Shown here one piece after another: positions 38,854-50,967 of a stretch of DNA of 64,000 bases. How positions within the stretch are numbered: position 1 is the first letter of the stretch; every line of letters begins with the position of its first letter. A program made the translations under genes and the position numbers. The stretch lies in the NCBI GenBank assembly GCA_029550925.1, contig JAKPGL010000016.1, forward strand, positions 1,734 through 65,733, written 5' to 3'. This DNA comes from Planctomycetota bacterium (GTDB taxonomy: Bacteria > Planctomycetota > Planctomycetia > Pirellulales > Thermoguttaceae). The notes under the pieces were generated by a model that saw only the letters and a list, made by a program, of their open reading frames with translations, was not told the DNA's origin and did not search any database.

Positions 38854-39762
38854 ATGTTCATGTATCGAAGGGGTTTCACCTTGGTGGAATTGTTAGTGGT
38901 CATTGCGATCATCGGGATTTTGATTGCCTTGCTGTTGCCGGCAGTGCAAGCGGCCCGAGAGGCGGCCCGACGCGCCCAGTGCTCCAATAACCTTAAACAG
39001 ATCGGCCTGGCCTGCCACATGTATCACGACACCTGGAAAGTGCTGCCCGCCGGATGGTTCGGCTATAATCCGAGCAACGGGCAGCCGCATTGGTTCGGCG
39101 TGCCCGGCTGGGGATGGGCGGCCAGAATTCTCCCCTACATGGAACAGGGCAACGTATATAAAAACGTCGTCCATTTCGAGTTGCCCATTACCCATCCAAG
39201 CAACGCCGAAGCCCGCATTTTTCCCATCGCCACATTTCGTTGCCCATCGGACATCGGCGGCAAGACCTTCCAGCTCGCCAAAGGGGAAGACACGCCCTGT
39301 TTAGATTCTGGCAGTGGTTTCCCGTTGGAGTTGGCCGTGGGCAATTACATCGGCATGTTCGGCGTGCTGGACCTTCACGATGTCTGCGCGGCGGCGGGCA
39401 GTCGATGTGAGGGCGATGGGACTTTCTTTTTGAATCGGGGAGTTGGATTCCAAGAGATTACCGACGGTCTGAGCCAGACCCTGATCGTCGGCGAACGGAG
39501 CTCGAAATTGGCGCCTTCTACGTGGGTGGGAGTGGTTACCTGCGGACAGCATGGGCCGGCCCGTGTAGTGGGTATGGCCTGTGCTCCGCCAAACTCCCTG
39601 GAAGGCGAAGACCCCTTCCATAACTTCAGCAGCTTTCATCCTGGCGGAGTTCATTTTCTGCTGGGCGATGGATCGGTGCGGTTCTTTTCCGACAATATCG
39701 AGATGAAAGTGTATCAAGCCCTTTCCACCCGCAGCGGCGGCGAAGCGATGAGTAATTACTGA
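38854..39762 (+). CDS. DUF1559 prepilin-type N-terminal cleavage/methylation protein
   Basis: '[47 protein letters not shown]', 'ITDGLSQT', H-X9-DG motif '[14 protein letters not shown]'. Confidence 0.95.
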   Translation: MFMYRRGFTLVELLVVIAIIGILIALLLPAVQAAREAARRAQCSNNLKQIGLACHMYHDTWKVLPAGWFGYNPSNGQPHWFGVPGWGWAARILPYMEQGNVYKNVVHFELPITHPSNAEARIFPIATFRCPSDIGGKTFQLAKGEDTPCLDSGSGFPLELAVGNYIGMFGVLDLHDVCAAAGSRCEGDGTFFLNRGVGFQEITDGLSQTLIVGERSSKLAPSTWVGVVTCGQHGPARVVGMACAPPNSLEGEDPFHNFSSFHPGGVHFLLGDGSVRFFSDNIEMKVYQALSTRSGGEAMSNY

Positions 39763-39949
39763 ACCTGCTGGCTGCGGCCACGAAGGGTACGACGCAGGGA
39801 TAAAACCCATCGACGGCGCGGCGGCGGTCTATCCGGCAGTGCTGGCTGGCGGGACCTTCACTCCTTGAACCACTTGCCTTCGTGCTAGGGGGCGGGGCGG
39901 CGCTTGGGGCAGAATCGATGCTGCCGCTTCGTTGCCGACAAACTCGGCG

Positions 39950-42022
<2,073 letters not shown>

Positions 42023-42211
42023 TCACAAGCGGGCGGGGGAAGAGAGGCCTTGATCGTCCCCTCAATAGCGGGGCGCAGCCGTTGGGGAAATGTCTGCCGC
42101 CGATAGTCCACCGGGTGAAAAGAAGCGTTTTCGCCGCCCTCTCGAAAAGAGCCCGCCCAAGCGGGGGAGAAAGACGGCGGGAGCCGGCGAAGAATAAACT
42201 TTTGTTCCTTA

Positions 42212-42239
42212 TTGACAATTTTGTCAAAAATTTTATCTT
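42212..42239 (+). promoter_or_regulatory. Palindromic TTGACAA-tt-TTGTCAA site overlapping a putative sigma70 promoter
   Basis: TTGACA 42212-42217, 16-bp spacer, TATCTT 42234-42239; the palindrome spans 42212-42227. Confidence 0.5.
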
Positions 42240-42350
42240 GGAGGTTTCTTTTAGTTCGAACACTCTGCTCTGAAAGATTCTTCCAGGATTTCGGGATAGG
42301 CAAACCAGGAAGATTTTTCTGATCATGGCGTTTGGGAAAGGAGCCTGCAG

Positions 42351-42596
42351 GTGCCGAAGTCTGTCTTAGAGGCGATCAAGTTAGGCCAATGGGACTATGA
42401 ACCGCCCGAAGTATCCTTAGAACTCTACGAAGCCACCGATGCGATGCCGGGTACCCCGGCCAAACTGGAGATCATGGCCGAGCGGGTTCGGGCCGGCTTG
42501 CCGCTGTGGCATCCGCTGGATCGTCAGGACATGGAGGCCGATCCACCCCCAAAAAGCCGTCCAAAACTCCGCTCTTGCCGGCCAAAACCGAAATAA
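42351..42596 (+). CDS. Small hypothetical protein (planctomycete-type)
   Basis: GTG start after AAGGAG; motif 'TDAMPGTPAKLEIMAERVRAGLPLWHPLD'. Confidence 0.75.
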   Translation: MPKSVLEAIKLGQWDYEPPEVSLELYEATDAMPGTPAKLEIMAERVRAGLPLWHPLDRQDMEADPPPKSRPKLRSCRPKPK

Positions 42597-42808
42597 TGTC
42601 GCTGATTTTTAATCGTTAGATCAGCCCATTTCGGCCAGTGTAAGGAAAGCCTAAAAATACAACGTCTGTCGGGGCAGGTGGGCTTCGCGCTCCATTCCAA
42701 GAGCAATGGTCGGGGCATCTTCCGAGGGCTAGGCCGCGCCTTGAAAGTGCGGGAAAAGATTTGCACCTTCCCTAGATGGCGACGGCGGTACTGCTCGATT
42801 CCGCTCAT

Positions 42809-44083
42809 CTATTCGTCTGGTTGGTTGGGGCGGAAGCCTTCCATAGGTTTCGGGTAGGGCATGGGGATGATCGGCTCGCGGTGGACGTAAACCCCATAAT
42901 GCACCACCGTACCGCCGAAACTCACTCCGCCGCCAGCCAGCCCCAGGTTGTCCGTTCGGATGCCGGCGCCGGAGCCAGGCGTTTGCGCCCGATGACTACC
43001 CGCTCGAACAATCCGTTTGAAGAACTCGATGGCTTCCCGATCCACCCCGGCCCGTTCTGCGGCCGGCGTGTCCTTCTCTAACAGGATGCAATCCACCGCA
43101 TAGGCGTCCAAAAGTTTCGGCAGCAACTCTTGGGCGATCCGGGCGTCGCCGAACATCTCCGCCCCTACGGGCCGACGGCCCTGCAAAAACAAAAAACCCA
43201 TCGTTCTGGCGGGGATTCGGGGGGCAATCTCCTTTTGTACTTTGTCCAAATCCCGCCGTACGTGCGGGGCTTCCAGGGCCATCTGGAGGTTTTCGGAAGG
43301 GCTTGCCGCCTGAAGTTTCTGAGCCAATCCACGGACCGACTCCCATACACTACTTTGACCTTCCCCTTGGACAATCCGCTGTTGGACCGCCAAAGGCGCC
43401 ATCCGAGAACTGCCTGAAAACTTCTCATCGCCATGCCAGCGGCCTCGTTCGACGCAAAAGACGTTCAACTCCACCCGTTGCCCGGGGGCCAGGATCACAT
43501 CCTCCCGAACGGTGCGGGTCTGTTTGCCGCCCGAAAGGATCTCGCCGCGCATGATAAAGACATATTCGTCCCGACTTCGGTTTTCGACCATCACCACCGG
43601 CACGCTGCCGCCCTCCTTTTCGGTAATCACCAGGACGCCTCTACGCATGGCCTCGTCCAGAGTCCACCATCGGCCTTCTAACCGCCCGCCATGTTCGAGA
43701 AAGAGAGGATAGACGGCCAGTTGGCGATAGAAGATCGGTTCGCCGATCTGGACCTGATCCAGATAGCGGGCCAATTCTGGCACATGGGCGTCGCTGGGGG
43801 GACGGGCTGAGGAGTGTCCTTGAAAGCTGACCCACTGGAGCAGTTCTTCCGATTCTCCCTCTCTTGGAGTATAGATGATGCCCCATTCGTCCGCTTCATT
43901 CTGGGGAGTCCTCTGAAAAAACTTCTTCGTTCTGTTTTGGAGCTCCTCGGACGCCAAAAGAAAACCGAACCCTATTACTCCTAGGAATGCCCCTCCAAAG
44001 AGGCATGTAAATAACACCCGTCGGCTTGTTTTCTGTTCGGGTACCCATTCCGCTCGCACTAGTTCGCCTTTTGCCTCGCCCAT
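42809..44083 (-). CDS. Membrane-anchored ARPP-1 / DUF6569-like domain protein
   Basis: ATG 44083 after AAAGGAGA; TM; 'LDEAM', 'GEILSGGKQTR', 'VFCVERGRW', 'QSSVW', 'KLLDAYA'. Confidence 0.7.
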   Translation of the reverse strand: MGEAKGELVRAEWVPEQKTSRRVLFTCLFGGAFLGVIGFGFLLASEELQNRTKKFFQRTPQNEADEWGIIYTPREGESEELLQWVSFQGHSSARPPSDAHVPELARYLDQVQIGEPIFYRQLAVYPLFLEHGGRLEGRWWTLDEAMRRGVLVITEKEGGSVPVVMVENRSRDEYVFIMRGEILSGGKQTRTVREDVILAPGQRVELNVFCVERGRWHGDEKFSGSSRMAPLAVQQRIVQGEGQSSVWESVRGLAQKLQAASPSENLQMALEAPHVRRDLDKVQKEIAPRIPARTMGFLFLQGRRPVGAEMFGDARIAQELLPKLLDAYAVDCILLEKDTPAAERAGVDREAIEFFKRIVRAGSHRAQTPGSGAGIRTDNLGLAGGGVSFGGTVVHYGVYVHREPIIPMPYPKPMEGFRPNQPDE

Positions 44084-44426
44084 TGTTCGGTCTCCTTTAT
44101 CGTTTAGACCGTCTGTGCCCTCTAGGAAGAGTGCTTGGGAACCCCGGGGCAGCCCAACCATCAACTCCTCTTGAATTTAGATGGCTTTTCCGTCCGAAAA
44201 GTTCTATGGCGCATAAAACCGCGGAAAACAAAGATAGGGGAAAAGTGCAGTTTAATGAATATAGATAAGATAGGTAATTTTTCGGAGAGATTTTTCACCT
44301 CCCGGGGACATTCCTATCCCGGAACTTCTTTCCCGTTCTGTTGGTTCCGCTCTAGGGGGCCTGCTCCAGGAACCCCCTTTCCCTTTTCTTGGGGGAGATT
44401 TCCTCATTTTTTTCTATAGATAGGAC

Positions 44427-46940
44427 ATGAACAACGACTTTTTCAGCCGACACGGCTTCAAAGTGCTTTTGGTGATTGCCTTTTTGGCCCCGATGATGTT
44501 GGCCGGGACCCGACGCTCGTTGCAGAGCAACAGCAACGACGTGAAGGCCTGGTTGCCGGATGCCTATGAAGAGACAGCCGTCTTCAAATGGTATCAGCAA
44601 CACTTTGAAGGCGATACGTTTGTGATGGTCAGTTGGGAGGGCTGTACGCTGGACAGCCCGGCCCTGAGTCTGATGGCCAAAAAGTTGCAGCCGCCTCCGG
44701 TGCCCGAAAATCAGCCCTGGCCTACGGAGCCGGAGTTTTTTTCCTCCGTGCGCACCGGCAAAGACATCCTGCAAATGCTCATCGACGAACAGGGGTTGGA
44801 GCCGGAAGAGGCGGTCAACCGCCTACGGGGTTTTTTGATCGGCCAAGACGGCAAGCAAACCTGTCTGCTTTTGACGATATCCGCATCCGGACAGGAGCGA
44901 TGGGAGGCGGAATGGGCGGCGGGGAAGCGGAAACAGAAGTTTTTGCACGCCGCCTTGGATCGCATCCGTCAGGTGGCCTCGCAGGAATGCGCCATTCCGG
45001 AAGCCGACCTGCACATGGGCGGTCCGCCGGTCGATAACGTGGCCATCGACTTAGAAGGCCAACGCTCTTTGTATCGCCTGGCCGGGGTGTCGGCGGTGGT
45101 GGGAATCCTGATGTCCTGGTGGTGTTTGCGCCACTGGGGGCTGACCTATATGGTCTTTACCTGTGGGTTGTTTACGGCGGGTTGTAGCTTGGCGGTGGTT
45201 TATCTGACGGGGACGCGGATGAACGCCATTTTGCTCACCATGCCGTCGCTGGTGTATGTGGCGGCCATTTCGGGAGCGATCCACCTTGCCAATTACTATC
45301 GGGACGAGGTTCGACAACATGGATTGGAGGGGGCGCCCACCCGGGCCGTCAAAGCCGCCTGGTTGCCGCTGTTTTTGGCCACCGCGACGACGGCAATCGG
45401 TCTGGCGTCGATGTACATAAGCGAATTGGTCCCCATCCAGCTTTTCGGGCTTTACTCGGCGATTGGGGTGGGCATTAGCTTCGTGATCGTTTGTACCTAT
45501 ATGCCGGCGATGCTCCAGTGGATTCCCATCCGCAGTTTCGCCGATCCCCAAGCCGCCAATTCGTCCGACCCATTGCTCTCGGCCCGTTGGCAGTCGGTGG
45601 GTGAGTGGATACTGCGACGATGGGGGCTGGTGTTGGGGGGGTGTTTGGTCCTGATGGCCATCGGGACCTACGGCGTTACCCAGGTGGAGACCTCGGTGAA
45701 GCTGATGCGGCTGTTTTCCTCCAAAGCCCGGATCATTGAAGACTATGCGTGGTTGGAAAAACACCTGGGGCCGTTGGTGCCGCTGGAAGTCGTGCTGCGG
45801 ATCGATCCGCAGAAAAGTGGGCTGGATACCTTGGACCAATTGCAACTGGTCGAAGCGGTGCGTCGCCAGGCGGCGAAATTGCCGGAGGTGGGCAGCGTGC
45901 TGGCCGCCTCGACGTTTGCCCGGCCTATACCGGAACGCCCCGGCATGATCGAACGCCGCACCTGGAACGTCCGGTTGGAACGCAGCCGAAAGGCCCTGGC
46001 CGACTTCCTCCAGGCCGAAAACCAACAGAACCTCTGGCGCATCAGCGTGCGCGTGGGAGCACTTACGGACCTGGACTACGCCCTGTTTATCCAAGATATC
46101 CAACGGGAAGTGGAGCAAGTGCTCGACGGCTATCGGTCGCAGGGAATCGAAGGCGTGGAAGCCATCTATACCGGAGTGGTCCCCCTGGTCTATAAAGCCC
46201 AGCATTCCCTTCTGGACAATCTTATTTTTGGATTCGCCGGGGACCTGATCCTCATCTGTGTGGCCATGGTCTTCTTGATGCGGTGCTTTACCTCGGGACT
46301 GCTTTTGGCCTTACCGTGTCTATTCCCGTTGGCGGTGGTTTTTGGGACGATGGGGCTTGCGGGCGTGGTGGTGGATACCGGCACGGTGATGACGCCGGCG
46401 GTGGCCTTCGGCGTTACGGTGGATGATGCGATCCATTTTATGCTGTGGTGTCGGCATGGTCAGGAGCGAGGCATGAATCGACGGCAGGCGATCATGTTTG
46501 CCTACGAAGATTGCGCCCGGGCCATTTATCAGAGTTGGGGGGTGATTGGGCTGGGACTGTCGGCCTTTGCCCTCAGCTCGTTTACCCCCACGAGACGATT
46601 CGGCATCTTGATGCTGACGATGTTGACGGCATCGTCGTTTAGCAACTTGGTGTTTTTACCGGCGCTACTAGCCAGTCCGTTTGCCCATTTCTTCTGGAAA
46701 GGCGGAGAGAAGCAGCTTCGGAAACACCGGAAAGAGAAGCAACTCGGTGAACAACCCAAGCCTCATTTTCCTGCCGGTGTTGCCGAATCGCTTGCCGGGG
46801 AGGAGGTATTACATCCTGCGGGAGGGAATCAACTACCTCAAAAGGAGGAAATTCTCCTGGCCGGTCCCCATTTTCCGAAAAAATTTCAAGATACTTCTGA
46901 AACTTCCTTATCTTTTTCCGGTCCCTTGGGAGTAGAATAA
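44427..46940 (+). CDS. MMPL/RND family transporter
   Basis: Two TM bundles separated by extracytoplasmic loops; 'AISGAIHL', 'TTAIG', 'GVTVDDAIHF'. Confidence 0.88.
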   Translation: MNNDFFSRHGFKVLLVIAFLAPMMLAGTRRSLQSNSNDVKAWLPDAYEETAVFKWYQQHFEGDTFVMVSWEGCTLDSPALSLMAKKLQPPPVPENQPWPTEPEFFSSVRTGKDILQMLIDEQGLEPEEAVNRLRGFLIGQDGKQTCLLLTISASGQERWEAEWAAGKRKQKFLHAALDRIRQVASQECAIPEADLHMGGPPVDNVAIDLEGQRSLYRLAGVSAVVGILMSWWCLRHWGLTYMVFTCGLFTAGCSLAVVYLTGTRMNAILLTMPSLVYVAAISGAIHLANYYRDEVRQHGLEGAPTRAVKAAWLPLFLATATTAIGLASMYISELVPIQLFGLYSAIGVGISFVIVCTYMPAMLQWIPIRSFADPQAANSSDPLLSARWQSVGEWILRRWGLVLGGCLVLMAIGTYGVTQVETSVKLMRLFSSKARIIEDYAWLEKHLGPLVPLEVVLRIDPQKSGLDTLDQLQLVEAVRRQAAKLPEVGSVLAASTFARPIPERPGMIERRTWNVRLERSRKALADFLQAENQQNLWRISVRVGALTDLDYALFIQDIQREVEQVLDGYRSQGIEGVEAIYTGVVPLVYKAQHSLLDNLIFGFAGDLILICVAMVFLMRCFTSGLLLALPCLFPLAVVFGTMGLAGVVVDTGTVMTPAVAFGVTVDDAIHFMLWCRHGQERGMNRRQAIMFAYEDCARAIYQSWGVIGLGLSAFALSSFTPTRRFGILMLTMLTASSFSNLVFLPALLASPFAHFFWKGGEKQLRKHRKEKQLGEQPKPHFPAGVAESLAGEEVLHPAGGNQLPQKEEILLAGPHFPKKFQDTSETSLSFSGPLGVE

Positions 46941-47028
46941 TAGGAAAGCGAACCTTTTAGCCTAATGGTTCCGTAAGAACCCAAAGGCATCCCCACCTTC
47001 TGTTATTATTTTCCAAAGGACCCCCCCT

Positions 47029-47241
47029 ATGTTTGGCATCGGTACCACAGAGTTGCTCGTCATTTGCATTTTGGCGCTGATTTTGTTTGGCAATCGGCTG
47101 CCTTCGGTAATGCGGTCTTTAGGGCAGGGTATTACCGAGTTTAAGAAGGGGCTGCGAGACGAAGACGTTGCTCCACAGTCTCCCCAGGAAAGCTCCCAAT
47201 CTTCCCCAAAAGATGTGTCCGCATCCCACCCATCTGGGTAA
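47029..47241 (+). CDS. tatA: Twin-arginine translocase TatA/TatE subunit
   Basis: 'MFGIGTTELLVICILALILFG.RLP..MRSLG.GI.EFKKG'. Confidence 0.92.
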   Translation: MFGIGTTELLVICILALILFGNRLPSVMRSLGQGITEFKKGLRDEDVAPQSPQESSQSSPKDVSASHPSG

Positions 47242-47378
47242 TTTGGACTGGATCGGGCCAGACCAGCCGCCACAAGTTATTGCAGTAAAGACTGTTATCT
47301 TACCATCTATGGCGGTTGCGTAGCACACCGGTAGCCTTCCAAAAGAGCCTGCCGCTTTTACGCCTTTCCTTATTCCTT

Positions 47379-47585
47379 GTAATTATTCAGCCGAGTGCAG
47401 AAGTACCGGAATTTTCTTAGCAAACCCCGAGATTTTTCCGGCGAATATGTCATTCCCGCTCTAACGGGAATCTAGGCTTCTTGCAGCCGCTACTTGGGAG
47501 GAATAACAAGGTCGCCGCCTCACAGGACCCTGGATTGAGAGCTTGCGTGGGAATGACAACGTACTGCATTCGGCTAAAATGTTAC
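47379..47585 (+). mobile_element. MITE-like element copy 4 (core inverted relative to flanks, variant linker)
   Basis: Ends gtaattattcagccgagtgcag and ctgcattcggctaaaatgttac; core gtcattcccgctctaacgggaatctag...gcgtgggaatgac. No TSD evident. Confidence 0.88.
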
Positions 47586-48068
47586 CACAATTTTGATTGT
47601 GGCGGTCAACTTTTATTGTTTCGGTCAACCTTCGGCCTAGCGGGCGAGGCTCAGTCCAGCTTATTGTCTTTACGAGGGGTTTTGGAGGTTTGGGACAGAT
47701 AGGAAGTCTGAAAAGAATGAGAAAGTCAGGGAGCTTTAAGAAAAATAAATGAATTCTTTGGATTTTTTCGGGGATAACACAAAAGGGGGCGAAAGTTTAA
47801 GAGACATCCCCTAATAAGCGGCCGGGAAAATACTTTTCCGGTAAGATAGGCAATCCGCTCAGGAAGAAAATCGGGGAAAGGGAAAAAATTCCCGTTTCCT
47901 TACAAGAGTTTTGGACATTATAATTGGGCCTTATTTCCGCCGATCGACGGAGCTACTTTCACGGAACCCCGGAAGGGAGTAAGACGTTAGGCGGGCTTGG
48001 CTAGCCTATCCTAGGCGTCTGTACTCATTCCTTGGGGCTATTGATCCGCTCATTCATGGACGGAGATT

Positions 48069-50843
48069 ATGTCTGCGGAACGGATGCCGCAAGAAGAACC
48101 TTCGCTTTTGGCCAAGCCGATGGCTGCCCTGACCGCCTGGGCTGTCCGGTATCCGGTCCGGACGCTAGCGGTAGCCGCTGTTTTGGCCCTTCTTTGCACG
48201 GGGTTGTCGGCCCGCTTTCTCCGTCTGCACACGGCCCGCAGCGATCTGATCAATCCCCAAAGCCAGTATCACCGCTATTGGCTAGACTACACCCAAGAGT
48301 TTACGGATCAAGAGGACGTGGTGATCGTCGTGGAAGGGGAAACCGCTCAGCAGGTTACAATGGTAACCGAGGAAGTCATTGCCGCCTTAGAAAAACATCC
48401 TCAGTATTTTACTTCTATTTTGCACCGGATCGACTTTTCTCCTTTGCGGGCCAAGGGCTTGTATTATCTTCGGCCGGAGCAGTTAGAGAAGATTGAAAAA
48501 CGACTCCAGGAGGCGGAGCGACGGCTCGCCAACTTCCAGCAGATCGGGGATATTTCTCAGAGCGGAAGTACACCTCGTCTGTCCGTACCCGGGGGGAAAG
48601 TCGCCCTCGCTTCCGATCCGAAAGGTTTCCTTGGTTCTTCGTCCGGCCGAGTGTTGCTTCCTCCTCCGGTACGGTCTTCGCAGCCAGGCCGATTCTTTCC
48701 TTCCAAAACGTCTCCTCCCCAACAGGGCCTTGGTGGGGATGCTGGGGGCGAATCCGCTTTGGGCGCCGTTGGTTCGGTGTTGGAGGACTTGTCGCCTGAC
48801 GGGGCGGTCCTGCAATGGACCTCCGACGGTCTGACGAGTCCGGACGGGCGGATGGCGTTTGTCCTGCTTCGGCTGGTCAAAGAGGGCGAAGAGAAGTTCG
48901 CCCGGTATTCGGAACAGATTGACACGCTTCGACGAATGACGGCTCATCTTCGGCAGCGGCATCCGGGGGTGAGCATTGGGCTGACCGGTTTGCCGATCAT
49001 CGAAAACGATGAAATGCGGGCCAGTGAAATCTCTTCTGCCCGATCTAGCATCCTGGCCCTGGTGGGGGTGATGGTGGTATTTGTGATGGGGTTTGGTGGG
49101 CTTCGGCATCCGCTGTTGGCCAACGCCGCCTTAATGTGTGGGATGATTTGGGCCTCGGGGTTTACGACGCTTTCCATCGGTCGGCTGAATATATTGAGCA
49201 TTGCCTTTGCGGCGATTTTGATAGGCCAAGGAGCGGATTTTGGGATTTATTACATTGCCCGGTATCTACAGCTTCGGAAGACCACCCAATTGCCGCCCGC
49301 CGAATCGCTGATCGAGACCGGTCGGACCGCCGGTCCGAGCATCGCCGACGGCGCCCTGGGTACCGCAGCCGCCTTCTTCATGGCCGGGCTTACCGATTTC
49401 CAAGGAGTGGCGGAATTAGGCGTCATTGCCGGCGGCGGCTTGATCCTGTGTTGGTTGGCCACCATGCTGGTCTTGCCGGCCATGGTCCGGTTGGTAGATG
49501 GTTCTCGGCTATTTCGTCGGTTGCCGGAACCGTTAGACCTATTACCGTGGTTTCGGCCTTTGTATTTTTCTCCCCGGCTGACTCTGACCGCCACGCTGGT
49601 GTTGACGGTCGTCTTAAGTGTGGGCATGAGCCGACTGTGGTATGACCATAATCTGTTTCATCTGTTGCCTACCGGATTGGAAAGTGCGGAGCTGGAACGG
49701 AAATTAGTAGCTCAAAGCGATAAAGCCGTATATTACGCCCTGTCGATCGCCGATAGCCGACAAGAGGTCCAAGAACGGAAAAAGCGTTTCTTGTCGCTTC
49801 CTTCGGTCCAGCGGGTGGAAGAAATAGCTTCCGTTTTGGCCGACGAGGCGGGGAAAAAACAACCGATCATTCTTCGCATCCGCCAAAGCGTCGAGAAGCT
49901 CAGCGCCCAACTGAGCCAGATGGAACGGTTCCTCGCCAGCGGCGAAAAAGCGGCGTCTGCAAGCCGTCTGGCGAGCCTCGGCAGGGCGTCCGGCAGCCAA
50001 GGGATGATTCCCTCGATGGAGGCGTACCTGGCGCAGCTTCGCGAGGGATTGGAGAAATTGGCCGCTGCCGCCCATCCCGATCCACCTCGCTTGGAAGACC
50101 TGCCTCGGGGGCTCACGGATCGGTTTGTGGGTCGCCACGGCCGCCATCTGATGAAAGTCTATAGCAAAGCGGACATCTGGGACCTGGAAGGAATGACCCA
50201 ATTCGTCCAGGAAATCCGCAGTGTGGACCCCCGGGCCACCGGCAACCCCGTTCAAATCTACGAAGCAAGCCGACAAATGAAACAAAGTTTCCTCCAGGCC
50301 GCCTTTTACGCCTCGTTGGTCATTGTGCCCCTGCTCCTGTTCGATTTCCGCAACCTCCTGCACACTTTCTGGGCGCTGCTCCCGTTGGTGCTGGGCATGG
50401 TGCAGATGTTTGGGCTGATGGGTTGGCTCAATATTCCCTTCAACCCGGCCAACATGATCGTTTTGCCGATCATCCTGGGCATCGGCATCGACAACGGCGT
50501 TCACATCGTCCACGACTTTTTGCAACAGGGCCGGGGCTATCGCCGCATGAGTTCTTCGACCTGCATGGCCATCGTGATCAACTCCCTGTGCAATATGGTG
50601 GGCTTTGGCAGCCTGATGATCGCCAGCCATCAGGGATTGCAAAGCCTCGGTCGGGTGCTGACGATCGGGATGGCCTGCATCTTGGCCAATTCGCTGGTCT
50701 TGCCGAACCTTTTGGTCCTGTATCAGCGTCGGCAAACCGGGGAAGATTCTACGGGAAAAGAGACGCCCGTCTTGGCGGCCATTCCGGATGTGTCCGAAGG
50801 AGCGACTGCCGCCCCGGTCCCGCCCCAACGCCAGGCCGCATGA
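48069..50843 (+). CDS. MMPL/RND transporter (HpnN-like)
   Basis: 'IGLTGLP', 'GQGADFGIY', 'FNPANMIVLP', 'GIGIDNGVHIVHDF', 'GFGSL'. Confidence 0.88.
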   Translation: MSAERMPQEEPSLLAKPMAALTAWAVRYPVRTLAVAAVLALLCTGLSARFLRLHTARSDLINPQSQYHRYWLDYTQEFTDQEDVVIVVEGETAQQVTMVTEEVIAALEKHPQYFTSILHRIDFSPLRAKGLYYLRPEQLEKIEKRLQEAERRLANFQQIGDISQSGSTPRLSVPGGKVALASDPKGFLGSSSGRVLLPPPVRSSQPGRFFPSKTSPPQQGLGGDAGGESALGAVGSVLEDLSPDGAVLQWTSDGLTSPDGRMAFVLLRLVKEGEEKFARYSEQIDTLRRMTAHLRQRHPGVSIGLTGLPIIENDEMRASEISSARSSILALVGVMVVFVMGFGGLRHPLLANAALMCGMIWASGFTTLSIGRLNILSIAFAAILIGQGADFGIYYIARYLQLRKTTQLPPAESLIETGRTAGPSIADGALGTAAAFFMAGLTDFQGVAELGVIAGGGLILCWLATMLVLPAMVRLVDGSRLFRRLPEPLDLLPWFRPLYFSPRLTLTATLVLTVVLSVGMSRLWYDHNLFHLLPTGLESAELERKLVAQSDKAVYYALSIADSRQEVQERKKRFLSLPSVQRVEEIASVLADEAGKKQPIILRIRQSVEKLSAQLSQMERFLASGEKAASASRLASLGRASGSQGMIPSMEAYLAQLREGLEKLAAAAHPDPPRLEDLPRGLTDRFVGRHGRHLMKVYSKADIWDLEGMTQFVQEIRSVDPRATGNPVQIYEASRQMKQSFLQAAFYASLVIVPLLLFDFRNLLHTFWALLPLVLGMVQMFGLMGWLNIPFNPANMIVLPIILGIGIDNGVHIVHDFLQQGRGYRRMSSSTCMAIVINSLCNMVGFGSLMIASHQGLQSLGRVLTIGMACILANSLVLPNLLVLYQRRQTGEDSTGKETPVLAAIPDVSEGATAAPVPPQRQAA

Positions 50844-50967
50844 CCTTCGCAAAGCCGGCGGCCTCGCCGCGAATCGGTCGGACGGATCGTCCCCTCTCTG
50901 CCCCTCTCTGCGCAGACCCCGAGCGATCGATCGTTCCAAAGAAATCGCCGACCTTAGCCAGCGCGGT

